Shown here piece by piece: positions 33,811 to 44,589 of a DNA stretch of 64,000 bases. Source of the stretch: Escherichia coli (GTDB lineage Bacteria > Pseudomonadota > Gammaproteobacteria > Enterobacterales > Enterobacteriaceae). The notes beneath the pieces were generated by a model. The model was not told the origin of the DNA, ran no database searches, and was given only the letters and a program-made list of their open reading frames with translations. Made by a program: the position numbers and the translations under genes. Position 1 is the first letter of the stretch. Each line of letters starts with the position of its first letter. The stretch lies in NCBI RefSeq assembly GCF_045037415.1, contig NZ_CP173438.1; one strand, 5' to 3'.

Positions 33811-34761
33811 ATGTATAGCCCATATTTGTATGCGAGAAGTACAGAGTTATTATGCCTTAGGGACCTCGTTGCGAAGGGAGTTAGCCTAAATGGTCTGCTA
33901 CCAATTTTAGAACCAATTAACGTCAATACGAGAAATTTATTAACATGTTTAAATGTTTGGAATTCTGACATAATTGTTATCCTTAATCCTTATCAGGAAG
34001 ATTTTTCTTCACACAATAACGTCTTAACTTTAAATCAAAATTTATCAAGTGTATTAACAAATAAAAATAATATCATCTCTGGATATCTTATTCAGCCCAA
34101 TACAACGATTAATGATATTAATAATTGGTTGAATGCTAACTTAAATAGACGAGTTGCACTTCTATATGATAATCCATCATTATCCAACTCTGATATTCAG
34201 TTGTTGGCGACAAATCAATTGATTAGTTATCATGTTGTTTTAAATAATAAAATGCTTCCTAATCAGTGCGCTCTTCTTCCTTTGTCGAAGTTAATTATTA
34301 TTAGCGATAACTTTAGAAAGTTAGCAAAAAATGCTGATTATAATGGGCCGGAACTTTTCACGCACGCACATCAATTCGTGGGACAAAATTACTTAGGATT
34401 TGGCGATTATACAATTACTGGCCAGGTACTAGATCTTGGAGGTGGTCAACCTTCTGCTGTTGCCGCACATTTGGTGTTCAAGAATTTACAAGCGAATACA
34501 GTTTGGATTCGTCATTTTGTATCAAGCAACACGCAACGAGGAAGTTCAAATGTTACTGCAAAATTTTTAGATGTTTCAGATCAAATTACAAATCTTGTTC
34601 CCCAACATCCAACCCAGTTTGGCAGCAACATTGGTCTTAACTATTATTATTACAATAGTCAACCAACTGTAAGGCATTTCCCTGGGTTGCCAAAAAACAA
34701 ACAGTATCAAATTACTCACCATATTTGTTTCATGCTGGATTTAATAGCAGGTCGTATTTAA
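33811..34761 (+). CDS. Hypothetical protein B (316 aa), AT-rich cargo gene, Asn/Ser/Leu-rich, no motif I can assign
   Basis: ORF track; AGGAG Shine-Dalgarno 8 nt upstream; 21-bp gap from gene A; 3' end overlaps integrase 3' end convergently. Confidence 0.6.
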   Translation: MYSPYLYARSTELLCLRDLVAKGVSLNGLLPILEPINVNTRNLLTCLNVWNSDIIVILNPYQEDFSSHNNVLTLNQNLSSVLTNKNNIISGYLIQPNTTINDINNWLNANLNRRVALLYDNPSLSNSDIQLLATNQLISYHVVLNNKMLPNQCALLPLSKLIIISDNFRKLAKNADYNGPELFTHAHQFVGQNYLGFGDYTITGQVLDLGGGQPSAVAAHLVFKNLQANTVWIRHFVSSNTQRGSSNVTAKFLDVSDQITNLVPQHPTQFGSNIGLNYYYYNSQPTVRHFPGLPKNKQYQITHHICFMLDLIAGRI

Positions 34762-35916
34762 TAAGCTAGCGTACCATTCCATCATTACTTGTCGATCTTT
34801 AATATATTGCGCATGATTGTAAGTACCTCGAATAGAGTTCTTATCAACATGCGCAAGCTGCATTTCAATCCAGGCACTTTCAAACCCATGCTCATGCAAG
34901 ATGGTGCTCATGGTATGCCTGAAACCGTGACCCGTTAACCGACCGTGATAACCCAGTAGTTTTATCACTTTGTTGATGCTGGCTTCGCTCATTGGTTTAC
35001 TGACGTCATTCCGGCCAGGGAAAACGAGGCTGTAATTCCCTGTTATTTCTTGCAGCTTTTTCAGGATATTGATCGCCTGAGTTGATAACGGAACCAGATG
35101 GGGGCGGCGTTTCTTCATCCGTTCTTTGGGGATCTCCCATAAGGCATTATCTAAATCAAACTCAGCCCATTCCGCTGCACGTAGTTCAATTGTTCGCACG
35201 CCTGTTAGCATCAACAGCTGCGTGGCGTATTTGGTAACTAAACTGCCCTGATAGTTATCCAGAGCATTAACGAACTCGGGCAACTCGCTTTCAGTCAGGA
35301 ACGGGAAGTGTTGGGTTTTAGGTTTGTTGAGTGCGATAGCTAAATCGGGTGCAAAATTATACTTTGCTCTACCAGTGGCAACAGCATAACGAAGCACTTC
35401 ACCACAGCGGCGGCGGATCTTACTGGTTTGCTCTAGCGCACCTCTTTTCTCTATTTTTTGCAGGACGGTTAGCAGTTCTAATGGTTCAATCTGCTCAATT
35501 GGGCGCTGGCCGATAAAAGGAAAAATATCCTTTTCCATACAATTGAGAACCTCTTTTGCATAACCCTCTGACCAGGTGGCTTTTTTCGATGAGTGCCATT
35601 CTCTGGCCACAGACTCAAAGCTGTTCTCATGCGCGAACTGCAAAGCAATCTTATCTGCTTTTCTGGCTTCACTTGGGTTTATCCCGTTGGCTAACATCGA
35701 ACGCGCTTCATCACGTTTGGTACGTGCCTGTGCCAACGACACATCGCCATATACGCCAAAGGAAATCATCTTAGGCTTACCTGCAAAGCGATAGCGAAAA
35801 CGCCAGCCTTTACTGCCCGCTGTGTCGATCAGGAGTGATAGCCCCATACCATCGTTAAGCGTATAGGGTTTGTCCTTCGGTTTTGCTCTTTTTATTTGGA
35901 TGTCAGATAGCAGCAT
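34741..35916 (-). CDS. P4-family tyrosine integrase (391 aa)
   Basis: ORF 407 aa trimmed to MLLSDIQIKRAKPKDKPYTLNDGMGLSLL...; C-terminal HxxR ... Y catalytic pattern; adjacent to tRNA. Confidence 0.85.
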   Translation of the reverse strand: MLLSDIQIKRAKPKDKPYTLNDGMGLSLLIDTAGSKGWRFRYRFAGKPKMISFGVYGDVSLAQARTKRDEARSMLANGINPSEARKADKIALQFAHENSFESVAREWHSSKKATWSEGYAKEVLNCMEKDIFPFIGQRPIEQIEPLELLTVLQKIEKRGALEQTSKIRRRCGEVLRYAVATGRAKYNFAPDLAIALNKPKTQHFPFLTESELPEFVNALDNYQGSLVTKYATQLLMLTGVRTIELRAAEWAEFDLDNALWEIPKERMKKRRPHLVPLSTQAINILKKLQEITGNYSLVFPGRNDVSKPMSEASINKVIKLLGYHGRLTGHGFRHTMSTILHEHGFESAWIEMQLAHVDKNSIRGTYNHAQYIKDRQVMMEWYASLLNTTCY

Positions 35917-36075
35917 GTGTATAGAAAAAAGATCGAACTCAGTTATACACAATGTTATACGCAAAGATGTATAGATTCCATTAGAAATAATGGTACTTTG
36001 CTGGACGAGTATAAGGAGATGATATCAGTTAAAACAGTGAGTTATGGAATTAATTGAACTTAGTGAGAAGTGTTC

Positions 36076-36095
36076 ATGGTGTCCCCTGCAGGAAT
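36076..36095. repeat. tRNA-proximal attachment-site repeat (overlaps argW 3' end)
   Basis: ATGGTGTCCCCTGCAGGAAT, identical to 24261-24280. Confidence 0.8.
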
Positions 36096-36151
36096 CGAAC
36101 CTGCAATTAGCCCTTAGGAGGGGCTCGTTATATCCATTTAACTAAGAGGAC
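36077..36151 (-). tRNA. argW: tRNA-Arg (anticodon CCU)
   Basis: Reverse complement reads GTCCTCTTAGTTAAATGGATATAACGAGCCCCTCCTAAGGGCTAATTGCAGGTTCGATTCCTGCAGGGGACACCA; cloverleaf with CCU anticodon and T-arm GGTTCGATTCC. Confidence 0.9.
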
Positions 36152-36226
36152 AATGCGGCATGAGTATACCCGCTAATGGACTACGGGGTAAGTACACAGC
36201 CGCTCGATTGCTTAAACCCTCGCCAT

Positions 36227-37159
36227 TTATGCCGGGTTTTTATCATTTTTCTTAATGTTTTCCGCACGTTCTGCTTTTTGACGTGCTTCTGCTTTGCGCT
36301 TGTTGCTCATGTCGTTACGAATCTGTGCATGACTCATTAACGCGAAGATAAAGGTGCCGCCGCAGATGTTCCCCGCTAAAGTAGGTAGTGCGAAGGGCCA
36401 GATGAAATCGCTCCAGTGCAGCGTGCCGTTAAACACCAGATAGAGGATTTCAACAGAACCGACAACGATGTGGGTGGTGTCACCCAGGGCAATAAGCCAG
36501 GTCATCAATATAATCACCACAATCTTTGCCGCACCCGCTGCAGGAAACATCCATACCATAGTGGCGATCAGCCAGCCGGAAATAATCGCGTTGGCAAACA
36601 TCTCGCTGGGGGTGTTCTTCATCACATCCATGCCGATTTTGACAAATGCATCGCGAGTTTCTTCATTGAAGATAGGCATATATTCAAATGCCCACGCAGC
36701 AATACCTGTCCCGAGAATATTACCCAGCAGCACGATGCCCCATAACCGCATAAGTAAGCCGACGTTGCTCATTGTCGGTTTTTGCATGACGGGTAGTACC
36801 GCAGTTACGGTGTTTTCGGTAAATAATTGCTGGCGGGCCATTATGACGATAATAAAACCAAAGGTATAACCGAGATTCTCCAGCAAGAAGCTGCCCGGCA
36901 CGCCTTCCAGTTCGACATGAAATATCCCTTTTGCCAGTAACGAAGCGCCCATCGACAGGCCCGCCGCAATGGCTGACCACAGTAGCGCCATTGCGTCGCG
37001 TTCCAGCTCTTTTTCACCATCCTGGCGGATATGCTCATGAATTGCCATCGCCCGGGAGGGGAGTCGGTCTTCATCTATTTCTATTTTTTTACCGCGCTCT
37101 TTTTCTTCGCTCTCAACTTCAATTTCGTCGCTGTGTTGATCAATTTTGTCGTTGTCCAT
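36227..37159 (-). CDS. yfdC: Formate/nitrite-transporter-family membrane protein YfdC (310 aa)
   Basis: ORF 310 aa MDNDKIDQHSDEIEVESEEKERGKK... Confidence 0.85.
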   Translation of the reverse strand: MDNDKIDQHSDEIEVESEEKERGKKIEIDEDRLPSRAMAIHEHIRQDGEKELERDAMALLWSAIAAGLSMGASLLAKGIFHVELEGVPGSFLLENLGYTFGFIIVIMARQQLFTENTVTAVLPVMQKPTMSNVGLLMRLWGIVLLGNILGTGIAAWAFEYMPIFNEETRDAFVKIGMDVMKNTPSEMFANAIISGWLIATMVWMFPAAGAAKIVVIILMTWLIALGDTTHIVVGSVEILYLVFNGTLHWSDFIWPFALPTLAGNICGGTFIFALMSHAQIRNDMSNKRKAEARQKAERAENIKKNDKNPA

Positions 37160-37452
37160 GGTCTCTTCTCTTGAATTAGCACGTATAGCTAAAGCGTAGC
37201 GGCTTTTTTGCTCGCAACTGGCGGGAGTTACTCTGAAAATGTAGAAAAGGCCGCGTTTGCCTTTTTCTGTTTCTATTGAATCAAGTAGCCTACAGGGCGG
37301 CGATTACCAGGCTATGATCAAATCAGCAAATCAGGGCGTCTGGACATCAGTTGACGTGCTGTTACAATCGCCCACACCTAAACAGGCGGATACGGTATCG
37401 TTCCGTCATGGATGGCAAACTGCATAAGCCATAAAAAAACAGGGAGACATTT

Positions 37453-38208
37453 ATGAAGCTTCGCCTGTCGGCGCTTGCTCTGGGAACTACGCTTCTGGTG
37501 GGGTGTGCGAGTTCCGGTACAGATCAGCAAGGGCGTTCTGACCCGTTAGAAGGGTTTAACCGCACTATGTACAACTTCAACTTCAATGTATTAGACCCGT
37601 ATATTGTTCGACCGGTCGCTGTCGCCTGGCGTGATTATGTTCCGCAACCTGCGCGTAACGGTTTGAGCAACTTTACCGGCAACCTTGAAGAACCTGCGGT
37701 GATGGTTAACTACTTCTTGCAGGGCGACCCTTATCAGGGGATGGTCCACTTTACCCGCTTTTTCCTGAATACCATTTTGGGAATGGGCGGCTTTATTGAT
37801 GTTGCAGGGATGGCGAACCCGAAACTGCAACGGACTGAACCTCACCGCTTCGGTAGTACGCTTGGTCATTATGGTGTGGGTTATGGGCCGTACGTTCAGT
37901 TACCGTTCTACGGTAGCTTCACGCTGCGTGATGACGGTGGTGATATGGCGGATAGTCTTTACCCGGTTCTTTCCTGGCTGACCTGGCCGATGTCTGTGGG
38001 TAAATGGACGCTTGAAGGGATAGAAACTCGTGCGCAGTTGTTGGATTCCGACGGTCTGCTGCGTCAGTCCTCCGATCCTTATATTATGGTGCGTGAAGCG
38101 TACTTCCAGCGTCATGATTTCATCGCTAATGGCGGTGAACTCAAACCGCAGGAAAATCCGAACGCGCAAGCGATTCAGGATGATTTAAAAGATATCGATT
38201 CTGAATAA
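37453..38208 (+). CDS. mlaA: Outer-membrane lipoprotein MlaA/VacJ (251 aa)
   Basis: ORF MKLRLSALALGTTLLVGCASSG... with lipobox. Confidence 0.9.
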   Translation: MKLRLSALALGTTLLVGCASSGTDQQGRSDPLEGFNRTMYNFNFNVLDPYIVRPVAVAWRDYVPQPARNGLSNFTGNLEEPAVMVNYFLQGDPYQGMVHFTRFFLNTILGMGGFIDVAGMANPKLQRTEPHRFGSTLGHYGVGYGPYVQLPFYGSFTLRDDGGDMADSLYPVLSWLTWPMSVGKWTLEGIETRAQLLDSDGLLRQSSDPYIMVREAYFQRHDFIANGGELKPQENPNAQAIQDDLKDIDSE

Positions 38209-38217
38209 GAAACAAAC

Positions 38218-38250
38218 AAAAAAGGTGAGTCGCAAAACTCACCTTTTTTC
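38218..38250. terminator. Bidirectional terminator between convergent mlaA and fadL
   Basis: AAAAAAGGTGAGT-CGCAAA-ACTCACCTTTTTT. Confidence 0.65.
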
Positions 38251-38269
38251 TTATTAAGCTAACGCGTTA

Positions 38270-39610
38270 TCAGAACGCGTAGTTAAAGTTAGTACCGAAC
38301 AGCCAGGCTTTACCTTCAGACTCGAAGGAATAAGCTGCCGCTCCTTCACCTTCGGTGAATTTCACTTTCTGACCATGCATATAAGATGCGCCAACATCAA
38401 TGGATGCATCTTCATTAAATGCGTAGGTTAACCCAGCACTTAACCACAAACGATCCTGGTCAGGAATGGAAATAGAACGTTTATCTGCCGGAACCGGGCT
38501 GTCGTCATAAGCGATACCGGTACGGAAGGTCCAGTTTTTATCATAATAGTAGGTTGTACCCAACGCGATACGATACGCGTCCCGGAATCCTTCATCTTTA
38601 TAGAACAGAGTCTGACCACTATCGCCTTTCGCTTTCAATTCCTGGAACTGGCTCCAACTGGTATAGGCCATGCTGTAGTGAATTGCCCACTGCGGCGCAA
38701 CACGGTTATAACCAGAAATCTCCCACATCTCAGGCAGGTTCAGCGTTAAGGATCCATTTTGGGTTGCCCCCATCGTGCCATACGGTAAGCCCATGTTACC
38801 CAAAATATTGTTCAGATTTGGGTTAATGGAGCTTTTGTAATCCCCATCGAAGTCGATTTTAACTTCTGAACGATATGTCAGCCCCCAACGGTTATCTTTA
38901 TCCAGTTCATAAAGAATACCCGCGTTCCAGCCAAAGCCCCATTCGTCACCTTTCAAATGAGCAATTTGAGAGTCCGGAGTATTAATACCATTGGTTAATG
39001 AAGCGGGTACACCCTGGGCAATCAACTGTTGAGACAACAATGGCCCCAGCGAACCGGCGTAACGCTCAATTTTTGCCTTGGCATAAACTGCATCAAAACC
39101 AAGACCAAAACTCCAGCTATTGTTAAGGCGATAAGCCCCGCTAAGGTTAAGGTTGATTGTTTGCAGATCGGTTTTACCGCCATAGATACCAGCAGCGTAG
39201 TTGTCGGTAAATTCCGTAGCCAGGCCATAGTTGGAAGTTATTGACGCTCCCCAACCAAACTGATCGTTAATAGGCGCGACAAAGTGCAGGTTAGGTACCC
39301 ACGCTGTCGGCGCGATATTTTTAGCATTTGCACTCTGACCGGTTAAATTAGAATGTCCGGTAATATCTACATCCGGATCAATATAAACCGCACCCGCAGA
39401 AAATGTCGGGCGGTCAAACATGGTAATCAATGCGGGGTTACGGCTAACGTTACCTGCATCATCGGCAATTGCACCTTCCCCTGAATAAGCCCGGCCCAGG
39501 CCAGAGGAAGAAAATTCGTTTAACTGAAAGCCTGCCGACCAGGCCTGGGTGGAGATAAGTGCCACTGCGACTGCGAGAGCAGACTTTGTAAACAGGGTTT
39601 TCTGGCTCAT
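38270..39610 (-). CDS. fadL: Long-chain fatty acid outer-membrane transporter FadL
   Basis: ORF 448 aa M(VM)[32 protein letters not shown]...; C-terminal Phe typical of OMPs. Confidence 0.9.
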   Translation of the reverse strand: MSQKTLFTKSALAVAVALISTQAWSAGFQLNEFSSSGLGRAYSGEGAIADDAGNVSRNPALITMFDRPTFSAGAVYIDPDVDITGHSNLTGQSANAKNIAPTAWVPNLHFVAPINDQFGWGASITSNYGLATEFTDNYAAGIYGGKTDLQTINLNLSGAYRLNNSWSFGLGFDAVYAKAKIERYAGSLGPLLSQQLIAQGVPASLTNGINTPDSQIAHLKGDEWGFGWNAGILYELDKDNRWGLTYRSEVKIDFDGDYKSSINPNLNNILGNMGLPYGTMGATQNGSLTLNLPEMWEISGYNRVAPQWAIHYSMAYTSWSQFQELKAKGDSGQTLFYKDEGFRDAYRIALGTTYYYDKNWTFRTGIAYDDSPVPADKRSISIPDQDRLWLSAGLTYAFNEDASIDVGASYMHGQKVKFTEGEGAAAYSFESEGKAWLFGTNFNYAF

Positions 39611-39981
39611 GACCATAACCTCAATGATTTATTTTTATACAAACTATGTTACGTGCTGTAACAGGAGCGCGAAGTGTAGGGTCTGAGGTACATCTTAGAA
39701 ATCAGACCAGTGGCGAGAGTATAGGTCGGACCAGCTGGGATGTTGCAAGTATGTTTCTATCTTTTTTCAGATATGATCTAAGAAACGCGATCCAGCTGGC
39801 AAAATTGGGAGGTGGCGCACTCATGGATTCGGGTGAATTTTGTTTTAGATCATTTTTAAGTGTGATTTCGGTCACTTATCCGATTTTGCAGAATTAACAA
39901 CTGGAGCAGCACTTTCCGGAAGCGTAAAATATCCACAACGTTTATCTGGCACCTTGGGTGCACATACAGAGGAAATCAACG

Positions 39982-40266
39982 ATGAGTAAATGTAGTGCTG
40001 ATGAAACCCCGGTTTGCTGCTGTATGGATGTTGGCACCATTATGGACAACTCCGACTGCACCGCGTCTTACAGCCGTGTGTTTGCAAACCGCGCAGAAGC
40101 AGAACAAACGCTGGCGGCGCTGACTGAAAAAGCCCGTAGCGTGGAATCCGAACCGTGCAAAATCACCCCGACTTTCACTGAAGAGTCTGACGGTGTGCGC
40201 CTGGATATCGATTTCACTTTTGCCTGCGAAGCTGAAATGCTGATCTTCCAGCTGGGTCTGCGTTAA
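39982..40266 (+). CDS. yfcZ: YfcZ-family protein (94 aa)
   Basis: ORF trimmed to MSKCSADETPVCCCMDVGTIMDNSDC... Confidence 0.8.
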   Translation: MSKCSADETPVCCCMDVGTIMDNSDCTASYSRVFANRAEAEQTLAALTEKARSVESEPCKITPTFTEESDGVRLDIDFTFACEAEMLIFQLGLR

Positions 40267-40283
40267 TTCCTCTCGGGTACATA

Positions 40284-40319
40284 CGCCCCTGTCAGCTGCT
40301 GACAGGGGCGTTTTATTTT
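40284..40319 (+). terminator. Rho-independent terminator after yfcZ
   Basis: CGCCCCTGTCAG-CTGC-CTGACAGGGGCG followed by TTTTATTTT. Confidence 0.7.
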
Positions 40320-40446
40320 CTCCTCCTCTTTTCTCTCTGTGTCATAGCTCCCACTTTCCCTTTTCTCCACTTGGCTAAATGTAAAAAAATGGTTAAGACT
40401 ATGATCAGGTCAGACCACTTTATTTATTTTTTTACAGGGGAGTGTT

Positions 40447-41757
40447 ATGGGTCAGGTTTTACCGCTGGTTACCCGCCAGGGCGATCGTATCGCCATTGTT
40501 AGCGGTTTACGTACGCCTTTTGCCCGACAGGCGACGGCTTTTCATGGCATTCCCGCGGTTGATTTAGGGAAGATGGTGGTAGGCGAACTGCTGGCACGCA
40601 CCGAGATCCCCGCTGAAGTGATTGAACAATTGGTCTTCGGTCAGGTTGTGCAAATGCCGGAAGCGCCCAACATTGCCCGTGAAATTGTTCTTGGCACTGG
40701 AATGAATGTGCATACTGATGCTTACAGCGTCAGCCGCGCTTGCGCCACCAGTTTTCAGGCGGTTGCGAACGTTGCCGAAAGCCTGATGGCGGGAACTATT
40801 CGAGCGGGGATTGCCGGTGGGGCAGATTCCTCTTCCGTATTGCCAATTGGCGTCAGTAAAAAACTGGCGCGCGTACTGGTTGATGTCAACAAAGCCCGCA
40901 CAATGAGCCAGCGCCTGAAACTCTTCTCTCGCCTGCGTTTGCGCGACTTAATGCCCGTACCGCCTGCGGTAGCAGAATATTCTACCGGCTTGCGGATGGG
41001 GGACACCGCAGAGCAAATGGCGAAAACCTACGGCATCACCCGAGAACAGCAAGATGCACTGGCGCACCGTTCGCATCAGCGTGCCGCTCAGGCGTGGTCA
41101 GAAGGTAAACTCAAAGAAGAGGTGATGACTGCCTTTATCCCTCCTTATAAACAACCGCTTGTCGAAGACAACAATATTCGCGGTAATTCCTCTCTTGCTG
41201 ATTACGCAAAGTTGCGTCCGGCGTTTGATCGTAAACACGGGACGGTAACGGCGGCGAACAGTACGCCGCTGACCGATGGCGCGGCAGCGGTGATCCTGAT
41301 GACTGAATCCCGGGCGAAAGAATTAGGGCTGGTACCGCTGGGCTATCTGCGCAGCTACGCATTTACTGCGATAGATGTCTGGCAGGACATGTTGCTCGGT
41401 CCAGCCTGGTCAACACCGCTGGCGCTGGAACGTGCCGGATTGACGATGGGCGATCTGACATTGATCGATATGCACGAAGCCTTTGCCGCCCAGACGCTGG
41501 CCAATATTCAGTTGCTGGGTAGCGAACGTTTTGCTCGCGACGTACTGGGGCGTGCACATGCCACTGGCGAAGTGGACGAGAGCAAATTTAACGTGCTTGG
41601 CGGTTCGATTGCTTACGGGCATCCCTTCGCAGCGACCGGCGCGCGGATGATTACCCAGACATTGCATGAACTTCGCCGTCGTGGCGGTGGATTTGGTTTA
41701 GTGACCGCCTGTGCTGCGGGTGGGCTTGGCGCAGCAATGGTTCTGGAGGCGGAATAA
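40447..41757 (+). CDS. fadI: 3-ketoacyl-CoA thiolase FadI (436 aa)
   Basis: ORF 436 aa, thiolase fold; followed by fadJ with overlapping stop/start. Confidence 0.9.
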
Positions 41758-43901
41758 TGGAAATGGCATCAGCGTTTACTCTTAATGTTCGTCTGGACAA
41801 CATTGCTATCATCACCATCGACGTACCGGGTGAGAAAATGAATACCCTGAAGGCGGAATTTGCCTCGCAGGTACGCGCCATTATTAAGCAACTCCGTGAA
41901 AACAAAGAGTTGCGTGGCGTGGTGTTTGTCTCCGCGAAACCAGACAACTTCATTGCTGGCGCAGACATCAACATGATCGGCAACTGCAAAACGGCGCAAG
42001 AAGCGGAAGTACTGGCGCGGCAGGGGCAACAGTTAATGGCGGAGATTCATGCTTTGCCCATTCCGGTTATCGCGGCTATTCATGGCGCTTGCCTGGGCGG
42101 CGGGCTGGAGTTGGCGCTGGCGTGCCACGGTCGTGTTTGTACTGACGATCCTAAAACGGTGCTCGGTTTGCCTGAAGTACAACTTGGATTGTTACCCGGT
42201 TCAGGAGGTACCCAGCGTTTACCGCGCCTGATAGGTGTCAGCACAGCATTAGAGATGATCCTCACCGGAAAACAACTTCGGGCGAAACAGGCGGTAAAGC
42301 TGGGGTTGGTGGATGACGTCGTTCCGCACTCCATATTGCTGGAAGCCGCTGTTGAGCTGGCAAAGCAGGATCGCCCATCTTCACGCCCTCTACCTGTTCG
42401 CGAGCGTATTCTGGCGGGGCCGTTAGGTCGTGCGCTGCTGTTCAAAATGGTCGGCAAGAAAACAGAACACAAAACGCAAGGTAACTATCCGGCGACAGAA
42501 CGCATCCTGGAGGTTGTCGAAACGGGATTAGCGCAGGGGACCAGCAGTGGCTATGACGCCGAAGCTCGGGCGTTTGGTGAACTGGCGATGACGCCGCAAT
42601 CGCAGGCGCTGCGCAATATCTTTTTTGCCAGTACGGACGTGAAAAAAGATCCCGGCAGTGATGCGCCGCCTGCGCCATTAAACAGCGTGGGGATTCTAGG
42701 TGGTGGCTTGATGGGCGGCGGTATTGCTTATGTCACTGCTTGTAAAGCGGGGCTTCCGGTCAGAATTAAAGATATCAACCCGCAGGGCATAAATCATGCG
42801 CTGAAGTTCAGTTGGGATCAGCTTGAGGGCAAAGTTCGCCGTCGTCATCTCAAAGCCAGCGAACGTGACAAACAGCTGGCATTAATCTCCGGAACGACGG
42901 ACTATTGCGGCTTTGCCCATCGCGATCTGATTATTGAAGCGGTGTTTGAAAATCTCGAATTAAAACAACAGATGGTGGCGGAAGTGGAGCAAAATTGCGC
43001 TACTCATACCATCTTTGCTTCGAACACGTCATCTTTACCGATTGGCGATATCGCCGCTCACGCCACGCGACCTGAGCAAGTTATTGGCCTGCATTTCTTC
43101 AGTCCGGTGGAAAAAATGCCGCTGGTGGAGATTATTCCTCATGCGAGTACATCGGCGCAAACCATCGCCACCACGGTAAAACTGGCGAAAAAACAGGGCA
43201 AAATGCCAATTGTCGTGCGTGACAAAGCTGGGTTTTACGTCAATCGCATCTTAGCGCCTTACATCAATGAAGCTATCCGCATGTTGACCGAAGGCGAGCG
43301 TATTGAGCATATCGATGCCGCGCTAGTGAAATTTGGTTTTCCGGTAGGCCCAATCCAACTTTTGGATGAGGTAGGAATCGACACAGGGACTAAAATTATG
43401 CCTGTACTGGAAGCCGCTTATGGAGAACGTTTTAGCGCGTCTGCAAATGTTGTTTCTTCAATTTTGAACGACGATCGCAAAGGCAGAAAAAATGGTCGGG
43501 GTTTCTATCTTTATGGTCAGAAAGGGCGTAAAAGCAAAAAACAGGTCGATCCCGCCATTTACCCGCTCATTGGCGTACAAGGGCAGGGGCGACTCTCCGC
43601 ACCGCAGGTTGCTGAACGGTGTGTGATGTTGATGCTGAATGAAGCAGTACGTTGTCTGGACGAGCAGGTTATCCGTAGCGTGCGTGACGGGGATATTGGT
43701 GCGGTATTTGGCATTGGTTTTCCGCCATTTCTCGGTGGACCGTTCCGCTATATCGATTCTCTCGGCGCAGGCGAAGTGGTTGCAATAATGCAACGACTGG
43801 CCACGCAGTATGGTTCCCGTTTTACCCCTTGCGATCGTTTAGTTGAGATGAGCGAGCGTGGGGAAAGTTTTTGGAAAACAACTGCAACTGACCTGCAATA
43901 A
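41757..43901 (+). CDS. fadJ: Fatty-acid oxidation complex alpha subunit FadJ (714 aa)
   Basis: ORF 714 aa; enoyl-CoA hydratase N-terminus and 3-hydroxyacyl-CoA dehydrogenase [13 protein letters not shown] site. Confidence 0.9.
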   Translation: MEMASAFTLNVRLDNIAIITIDVPGEKMNTLKAEFASQVRAIIKQLRENKELRGVVFVSAKPDNFIAGADINMIGNCKTAQEAEVLARQGQQLMAEIHALPIPVIAAIHGACLGGGLELALACHGRVCTDDPKTVLGLPEVQLGLLPGSGGTQRLPRLIGVSTALEMILTGKQLRAKQAVKLGLVDDVVPHSILLEAAVELAKQDRPSSRPLPVRERILAGPLGRALLFKMVGKKTEHKTQGNYPATERILEVVETGLAQGTSSGYDAEARAFGELAMTPQSQALRNIFFASTDVKKDPGSDAPPAPLNSVGILGGGLMGGGIAYVTACKAGLPVRIKDINPQGINHALKFSWDQLEGKVRRRHLKASERDKQLALISGTTDYCGFAHRDLIIEAVFENLELKQQMVAEVEQNCATHTIFASNTSSLPIGDIAAHATRPEQVIGLHFFSPVEKMPLVEIIPHASTSAQTIATTVKLAKKQGKMPIVVRDKAGFYVNRILAPYINEAIRMLTEGERIEHIDAALVKFGFPVGPIQLLDEVGIDTGTKIMPVLEAAYGERFSASANVVSSILNDDRKGRKNGRGFYLYGQKGRKSKKQVDPAIYPLIGVQGQGRLSAPQVAERCVMLMLNEAVRCLDEQVIRSVRDGDIGAVFGIGFPPFLGGPFRYIDSLGAGEVVAIMQRLATQYGSRFTPCDRLVEMSERGESFWKTTATDLQ

Positions 43902-44103
43902 GAAGGTCAAAGTTATATGAATCCGCGCTGAATGGCGGAGTGTTGCTCAAAATGTAAACGCATATTGACTATACTTACGCCATTGAGGTAAAAAACAGCG
44001 TTTCATTCGGTGAATGGATAAGGCACAATGCCGGCCACCGTTTTCTTTCTCTGGTTTCAGATGAAAGAAAACGGGCGAATCTGGTTAACAAAAGCGGTGC
44101 AAT

Positions 44104-44589
44104 ATGCAAGTTTTTATCATGCGTCACGGCGACGCAGCCCTCGATGCCGCCAGTGATTCGGTTCGTCCTCTGACCACTCATGGTTGTGACGAATCTCGCC
44201 TGATGGCGAACTGGCTGAAAGGTCAAAAAGTGGAAATCGAACGCGTTCTGGTGAGCCCGTTCCTGCGAGCCGAGCAAACACTTGAAGAAGTAGGGGATTG
44301 TCTGAACCTGCCTTCCAGTGCAGAAGTTCTGCCGGAGTTAACGCCCTGCGGCGATGTTGGTCTGGTCGGTGCCTATTTGCAGGCGTTGACCAATGAAGGT
44401 GTTGCTTCGGTACTGGTGATCTCCCACTTACCGTTAGTTGGGTATCTGGTTGCCGAGTTATGTCCGGGCGAAACGCCGCCTATGTTTACCACGTCAGCGA
44501 TTGCCAGCGTAACGCTTGATGAAAGCGGAAAAGGCCAATTCAACTGGCAGATGAGCCCTTGTAATTTGAAGATGGCAAAAGCAATTTAA
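44104..44589 (+). CDS. sixA: Phosphohistidine phosphatase SixA (161 aa)
   Basis: ORF MQVFIMRHGDAALDAASDSVRPLT..., RHG motif. Confidence 0.9.
   Translation: MQVFIMRHGDAALDAASDSVRPLTTHGCDESRLMANWLKGQKVEIERVLVSPFLRAEQTLEEVGDCLNLPSSAEVLPELTPCGDVGLVGAYLQALTNEGVASVLVISHLPLVGYLVAELCPGETPPMFTTSAIASVTLDESGKGQFNWQMSPCNLKMAKAI

Noticed and set aside
35917-35964. N-terminal extension of the integrase ORF (MRITLCITEFDLFSIH)
   Set aside because: P4-family integrases begin around M-x-LSD/TD-x-x-IK-x-AKPK; the internal Met at 35916 fits, and the extension covers the putative arm-site repeats.
36416-36869. 109-aa and 133-aa ORFs antisense to yfdC
   Set aside because: Shadow ORFs within a well-supported membrane-protein gene.
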